The notes beneath the pieces are model-generated. The model saw only the letters and a program-made list of their open reading frames with translations. It ran no database searches and was not told where the DNA came from. Of a stretch of 50,345 nucleotides of DNA, positions 46,353 to 50,345 are shown piece after piece. The DNA lies in assembly GCA_035351775.1 (NCBI GenBank), contig DAOPWT010000002.1, forward strand, positions 1-50,345, in the 5' to 3' direction. The translations under genes were made by a program, and so were the position numbers. Origin of the DNA: Bacillota bacterium. Its GTDB lineage: Bacteria > Bacillota > DTU025. Within the stretch, counting starts at the first letter, position 1; every line of letters begins with the position of its first letter.

Positions 46353-47306
46353 TTGAAACGAAGGTGGTTTGAACTGAGCGAAAAGGACTTGCTTGGCGGC
46401 GATACAGTCCTGCTTGCCCAGTTTGCCGTCGCGCGCGGTTGGGAAGTGTGTCAGGATCGCGTGATCCAGCACGGGCGGCAGATGAAGATAAGCGACGGGC
46501 AGAACCACGCCACGGTGGCCATCTACTCCACCGGGAAAGTGCTGGTTCAGGGGCGCCGCTCCAATCTCACGGATGAGCTGGCGGCGTGGTGTTCGAGCCA
46601 CCTCCAGGGAGACGTCTCTCGCGCAGGCGGGCGTCAAGGCGCTGCTGGCTCGCCGGATCCGGCGCGCGCCTCCGGGATTCCCAGGATAGGGATAGACGAG
46701 TCCGGGAAGGGCGACTATTTCGGGCCAATGGTGGCCGCGGGGGTATATGTCGACCGCGAGTCGGAGTCGGCCTTGATTGAGATTGGGGTAGTTGATAGCA
46801 AGCGCCTGCCCGACGCGCGCATCTCAAAGCTCGCGGCGTCCATCAGGAACAGGTGCCCGCATTCTGTGGTTCCCATCGGCCCGGCCCGGTACAATCAGCT
46901 CTATGTGAGTATGCGTAATGTGAACGTGATGCTCGCATGGGCCCACGCGAGGTGCCTAGAGAACCTGCTGACGCAAGTTGAGTGCGGCCTTGCCGTCTCC
47001 GATCAATTCGGTGACGAATCGTACCTCACGCGTGCCCTGATGGAGAAGGGCCGACAGGTCAAGCTGGAACAACATCCTCGGGCCGAAGTGGACGTAGCCG
47101 TGGCGGCCGCGTCGATTCTGGCGAGGGACGAGTTTGTGCGAAGGCTCGCCGCCCTGTCGCACCAAGCGGGGATCGAGCTCCCCAAAGGCGCGTCGGACCC
47201 TCGGATAGTGGCGGTTGGGTGTGAGATAGCGTCCAAGGGCGGGCGCGAGGTCCTGGCGAACTACGCTAAGCTTCATTTCAGGACTACTCAGTCGCTGGGC
47301 ATATAG
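46353..47306 (+). CDS. rnhC: Ribonuclease HIII
   Basis: The N-terminal TBP-like domain (TVAIYSTGKVLVQG) is followed by IGIDESGKGDYFGP, VVDSKRL and ASILARDEF...LPKGAS. The start is uncertain (TTG at 46353). Confidence 0.85.
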   Translation: MKRRWFELSEKDLLGGDTVLLAQFAVARGWEVCQDRVIQHGRQMKISDGQNHATVAIYSTGKVLVQGRRSNLTDELAAWCSSHLQGDVSRAGGRQGAAGSPDPARASGIPRIGIDESGKGDYFGPMVAAGVYVDRESESALIEIGVVDSKRLPDARISKLAASIRNRCPHSVVPIGPARYNQLYVSMRNVNVMLAWAHARCLENLLTQVECGLAVSDQFGDESYLTRALMEKGRQVKLEQHPRAEVDVAVAAASILARDEFVRRLAALSHQAGIELPKGASDPRIVAVGCEIASKGGREVLANYAKLHFRTTQSLGI

Positions 47307-47341
47307 ATATCGCTCCAGCGCATGGGAGGGAGGCATGCTAT

Positions 47342-47857
47342 ATGGCTGAGGAGAACGGCTCATCGGAGAACCGGAGGAGGCACTGGGCGGGCATAGTGCT
47401 CATCATTGTGGGCTTCTACTTGCTGGCATCGCAGTTTGTTCCGGGTAGGATCATGGGGATGCTGGCGGCGCCGGGCATCGGTGCGCTCCTCCTGCTGTGG
47501 GGAGCGGTCAGCAGGAGCGTGGGGCTGATTGTTGTCGGCGGCGTCGTTTTCGGCAGCGGCGCGGGGTCTTTTCTAGCCAATGAGGTATTCTGGCGTCTTC
47601 GGGACCCTGCCAATGCGGGCGTGATCGTGCTGAGCTTGGCGGGCAGCTGGTTCATGATATACTTTCTGTCTGATAGATTCGCTGGGAACCCCCAGCGCTG
47701 GGCGCTGGTTCCAGGAGCCATCATGACCGCTGTGGGCGTTCCGCTGATACTGTCGAGTGCGGCCCCCGCTGTGCTGGAATGGGTCGTCACTTGGTGGCCT
47801 GCCCTGCTCATCATAGCCGGTCTGCTCCTCTTCCTGCGCAGGGGAGGCGGCGGATGA
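47342..47857 (+). CDS. Integral membrane protein, function unknown (5-6 TM helices)
   Basis: The ATG follows GGGAGGGAGG. The 171-aa product is strongly hydrophobic. I recognise no motif. Confidence 0.65.
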   Translation: MAEENGSSENRRRHWAGIVLIIVGFYLLASQFVPGRIMGMLAAPGIGALLLLWGAVSRSVGLIVVGGVVFGSGAGSFLANEVFWRLRDPANAGVIVLSLAGSWFMIYFLSDRFAGNPQRWALVPGAIMTAVGVPLILSSAAPAVLEWVVTWWPALLIIAGLLLFLRRGGGG

Positions 47858-47955
47858 CAGAGGCGCTGACCGCGGCGGTGCCGTCGGAACGCGATGGGGA
47901 TGTCCCCCGAAGATAGTGCGTGATGTCGCAAAGGATTGGAGGTACGCTGCAGACA

Positions 47956-49134
47956 ATGAAAGCCAGACAGATTCGCGAAGGTATATTCTGGATGGGCGCG
48001 GTAGATTGGGACCGCAGGCTCTTCGATTCACTGATTCCCCTTCCGGAGGGAACAAGCTACAACGCATATCTCGTTGAGGGCAGCAGCAAGACCGCGCTGC
48101 TTGATACAGTCGACCCGTCTATGTATCATCAACTCGAGGCTCAGCTCGCCTCGGTGGAACACCTTGACTACGTGATTGCGCACCATGGGGAGCAGGACCA
48201 CTCAGGTTCGATACCCGCTGTCTTGGCCCGGTACCCCGAGGCAACAGCTGTATGCTCTCCCAAGTGCAAACCCATGCTCATCGACTTGCTTCACGTGGCG
48301 GAGGAGCGTATCGCCGTGGTTGACGACGGCGGTTCCATCGATCTGGGCGGGCGGACTCTCAAATTCGTGCATGCTCCATGGGTACACTGGCCTGAGACGA
48401 TGCTGACCTACGTGCCCGAAGACAAGATCCTGTTTACCTGCGATTTTCTCGGCAGCCATCTGGCGACTAGTGAGCTCTTCTCGACCGGCCGCCCGCGCGA
48501 GCGCGAAGCGGCTAAGCGGTACTTTGCCGAGATCATGATGCCCTTCAGCAACCTGATCGTGAAGAACCTCGACAAGATCGAAGGGCTTGAGGTAGATATC
48601 GTTGCGCCCAGCCACGGCCCTGTAGTATCTGATCCGGGCTACATCACCCGCTGCTACAGAGAATGGAGCGCCGGCCCCATGCGCAACAAGGTGTGTCTGC
48701 CCTACGTAAGCATGCACGGCAGCACACGTGTGATGGTCGACGCGCTGGTTTCGGCTCTAGTCAGCCGCAGCGTGCAGGTGGAGCGGTTTGAGCTCACAGG
48801 GTCGGATTTGGGGAACGTGGCTATGTCATTGGTGGATTCTGCCACTGTCGTCATCGGCACCCCAACAGTGCTTGGCGGCGCGCATCCGGCTGCGGCTCAC
48901 ATTGCTCTCTTGGCTAACGCGCTTCGCCCGCGCACTAAGTTCGTATCAGTGCTGTGCTCCTACAGCTGGGGCGGTCGGGCAGTGGAGCAGATCTCGGGGC
49001 TGATCGGCAACCTCCGGGCTGAGGTGCTCGAACCTGTGGTGTGCAAAGGGCTTCCGCGTAGCGGGGACCTGCAGGCGGTGGAGCGCTTGGCCGACCAGAT
49101 CGCCGAGAAACATCGTGAGCTGGGGTTAGTGTAG
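47956..49134 (+). CDS. Flavodiiron protein (FprA-type; MBL fold + flavodoxin-like domain)
   Basis: The N-terminus is IREGIFWMGAVDWDRRLFD. The diiron ligands are in HHGEQDHSG, VHWPETM and LFTCDFLGSH. The C-terminal domain is flavodoxin-like. The start is ATG 47956, or alternatively GTG 47920. Confidence 0.85.
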   Translation: MKARQIREGIFWMGAVDWDRRLFDSLIPLPEGTSYNAYLVEGSSKTALLDTVDPSMYHQLEAQLASVEHLDYVIAHHGEQDHSGSIPAVLARYPEATAVCSPKCKPMLIDLLHVAEERIAVVDDGGSIDLGGRTLKFVHAPWVHWPETMLTYVPEDKILFTCDFLGSHLATSELFSTGRPREREAAKRYFAEIMMPFSNLIVKNLDKIEGLEVDIVAPSHGPVVSDPGYITRCYREWSAGPMRNKVCLPYVSMHGSTRVMVDALVSALVSRSVQVERFELTGSDLGNVAMSLVDSATVVIGTPTVLGGAHPAAAHIALLANALRPRTKFVSVLCSYSWGGRAVEQISGLIGNLRAEVLEPVVCKGLPRSGDLQAVERLADQIAEKHRELGLV

Positions 49135-49161
49135 GCCGCCGGGCCGGCAAGCCAGCTGTGG

Positions 49162-49185
49162 GCAGGTGCAGGTGCAGGGGCAGGA
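49162..49185. repeat. Hexanucleotide tandem repeat (GCAGGN x4) in an intergenic spacer
   Basis: GCAGGT GCAGGT GCAGGG GCAGGA, read directly from the sequence. Confidence 0.8.
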
Positions 49186-49223
49186 TGCATAGAGGCTAGC
49201 CGGGGCAAGGGGAGCTGTGCCTC

Positions 49224-50174
49224 ATGGATACAACCACTCGAGAACGGTATCTGGGAAGCATGATCGGCCTAGCGGTGGGCGACGCCATCGGAGCGCAGGT
49301 CGAGTTCATGCTTCCTGGGGGTTTCGAGCCCGTCGCCGACATGGTGGGCGGGGGAGTGTTTGGGCTGCCTGCCGGCGCCTTCACCGACGATACATCTATG
49401 GCCCTGTGTCTTGCCCAGTCGCTGGTCGAGTGCGGCAGGTTCGATCCCGTCGATCAGCTCGAGAGATACCTCAGGTGGATGCGGGAAGGCTACATGTCCA
49501 GCATTGGCCGGGCTTTCGATGTTGGAGGCACATGCGCCGACGCTATCATGAGATTTGAGGCCACTCGCCAGCCTTATTGTGGCAGCACGAACCCGAGTCG
49601 CGCGGGCAACGGCTCGATCATGAGGCTTGCGCCGGTACCCTTATACTTCGCCAGCGATCCGGAAATGGCAGTGGAGATGTCGGCCGCTAGCTCGCGAACG
49701 ACTCACGGAGCCCGGAATGCAGTCGATGGGTGTAGGTACCTCGGAGCGCTTATCGTGGGCGCTGTGAGCGGAGCTGCGAAAGGGGAACTTGTGTCTGCCC
49801 GGTACACGCCGGCGCCGGGTTTGTGGGAGCGTGCGCCATTATGCGACGCTATCCGCAGAGTCGCGGAAGGCTCATTCGTAACGAAGAACCCTCCACAGAT
49901 ACGAGGGACAGGCTATGTGGTAGACTCGCTCGAAGCCGCGCTGTGGGCATTTTACCGCGGCCACAGCTTTGAAGAAGGGCTCATGTTGGCGGTGAACCTA
50001 GGCGATGATGCCGACACTACCGCTGCCGTATATGGGCAACTGGCGGGGGCGTTCTACGGGGTTTCGGCAATTCCTCAGCGTTTCCGTGACCGACTGGTGA
50101 TGCGCGAGCTCATCGAGGGCTTGGCGGAGAAGCTCTATCAGTGCGCATCTGGGCTCCCGCCGGAACGTTCCTGA
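49224..50174 (+). CDS. ADP-ribosylglycohydrolase family protein
   Basis: The motifs are GLAVGDAIGA, FTDDTSMALC, AGNGSIMR and NLGDDADTTAAVYGQLAGAFYG. Confidence 0.85.
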   Translation: MDTTTRERYLGSMIGLAVGDAIGAQVEFMLPGGFEPVADMVGGGVFGLPAGAFTDDTSMALCLAQSLVECGRFDPVDQLERYLRWMREGYMSSIGRAFDVGGTCADAIMRFEATRQPYCGSTNPSRAGNGSIMRLAPVPLYFASDPEMAVEMSAASSRTTHGARNAVDGCRYLGALIVGAVSGAAKGELVSARYTPAPGLWERAPLCDAIRRVAEGSFVTKNPPQIRGTGYVVDSLEAALWAFYRGHSFEEGLMLAVNLGDDADTTAAVYGQLAGAFYGVSAIPQRFRDRLVMRELIEGLAEKLYQCASGLPPERS

Positions 50175-50345
50175 TTGGCATAGCCACGAGCGCACGGCCT
50201 GCGAATGTCCCAAATCATCGCGACGAGCGAGCGAGGCAGGCAGTCCCATTTTTGCTCAGTGGCGGCCGGACGTAATTCAGCGGTAGGCTGTCCACCCTAA
50301 GAAGGAACTGGGACTTCCATGTCGAACGATACAACCGGTTGCACA

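Noticed and set aside
46225-47306. A genomic island or prophage integrated at the tmRNA 3' end.
   Set aside because: I found no integrase, no direct repeat of the ssrA 3' end and no compositional break. A strong terminator is followed by rnhC.
50319-50345. A possible gene start (ATG at 50319, after GAAGGAA) encoding MSNDTTGCT...
   Set aside because: Only 9 codons lie inside the window, which is too short to support a call.

Overview
This is a dense, high-GC (roughly 60-65% by eye) chromosomal window. It looks like it comes from an endospore-forming Bacillota-type bacterium, based on sleB/ypeB, cwlD, a GerMN domain, spmAB and whiA. The rpoN-cggR-gap-pgk-tpi-eno and secG...smpB-ssrA synteny supports this. 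I count about 45 protein genes and one tmRNA, and I could not see any rRNA, tRNA, CRISPR array, transposase or integrase.

Left part (1-16.4 kb):
- An exported VWA/beta-sandwich-repeat protein that runs off the window edge and is missing from the ORF track.
- A Ddl-like ATP-grasp gene.
- A spore-cortex block: sleB, a second SleB-family hydrolase, ypeB, and cwlD fused to GerMN.
- murA carrying Asp at the fosfomycin-target Cys position.
- A two-gene AmmeMemoRadiSam variant, then argF.
- A signal-peptide protein with outer-membrane beta-barrel hallmarks behind a ~560 bp leader.
- A YkuD-type L,D-transpeptidase.

Middle part (16.6-30.9 kb), a sugar/alpha-glucan region:
- An orphan MsmX-type ATPase and a ROK kinase.
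- Two exported, C-terminally anchored proteins, one of them a GH57-like protein without the catalytic nucleophile.
- A GT4 glycosyltransferase.
- An NDP-sugar pyrophosphorylase fused to a phosphohexomutase-like domain with degenerate signature loops.
- Two intact GH57 branching-enzyme paralogues flanking a DUF4912 gene.
- A cupin-type PGI.

Right part: yvcK, spmBA (opposite strand), whiA, rpoN, cggR-gap-pgk-tpiA-eno with a recognisable CggR operator, a DmpA-type peptidase, an ECF S component, secG, an acyl-CoA ligase, an HD hydrolase, smpB, ssrA, rnhC, a membrane protein, a flavodiiron protein and an ADP-ribosylglycohydrolase.

The best candidates for poorly understood biology are:
- the GH57/GT4/DUF4912 glucan locus with its two pseudo-enzyme-like components;
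- the fused AmmeMemoRadiSam pair;
- the putative outer-membrane barrel.

Limits: every call comes from reading the translated ORFs for family signature motifs and from folding hairpins by hand. No database search, HMM, alignment score or folding energy was computed.
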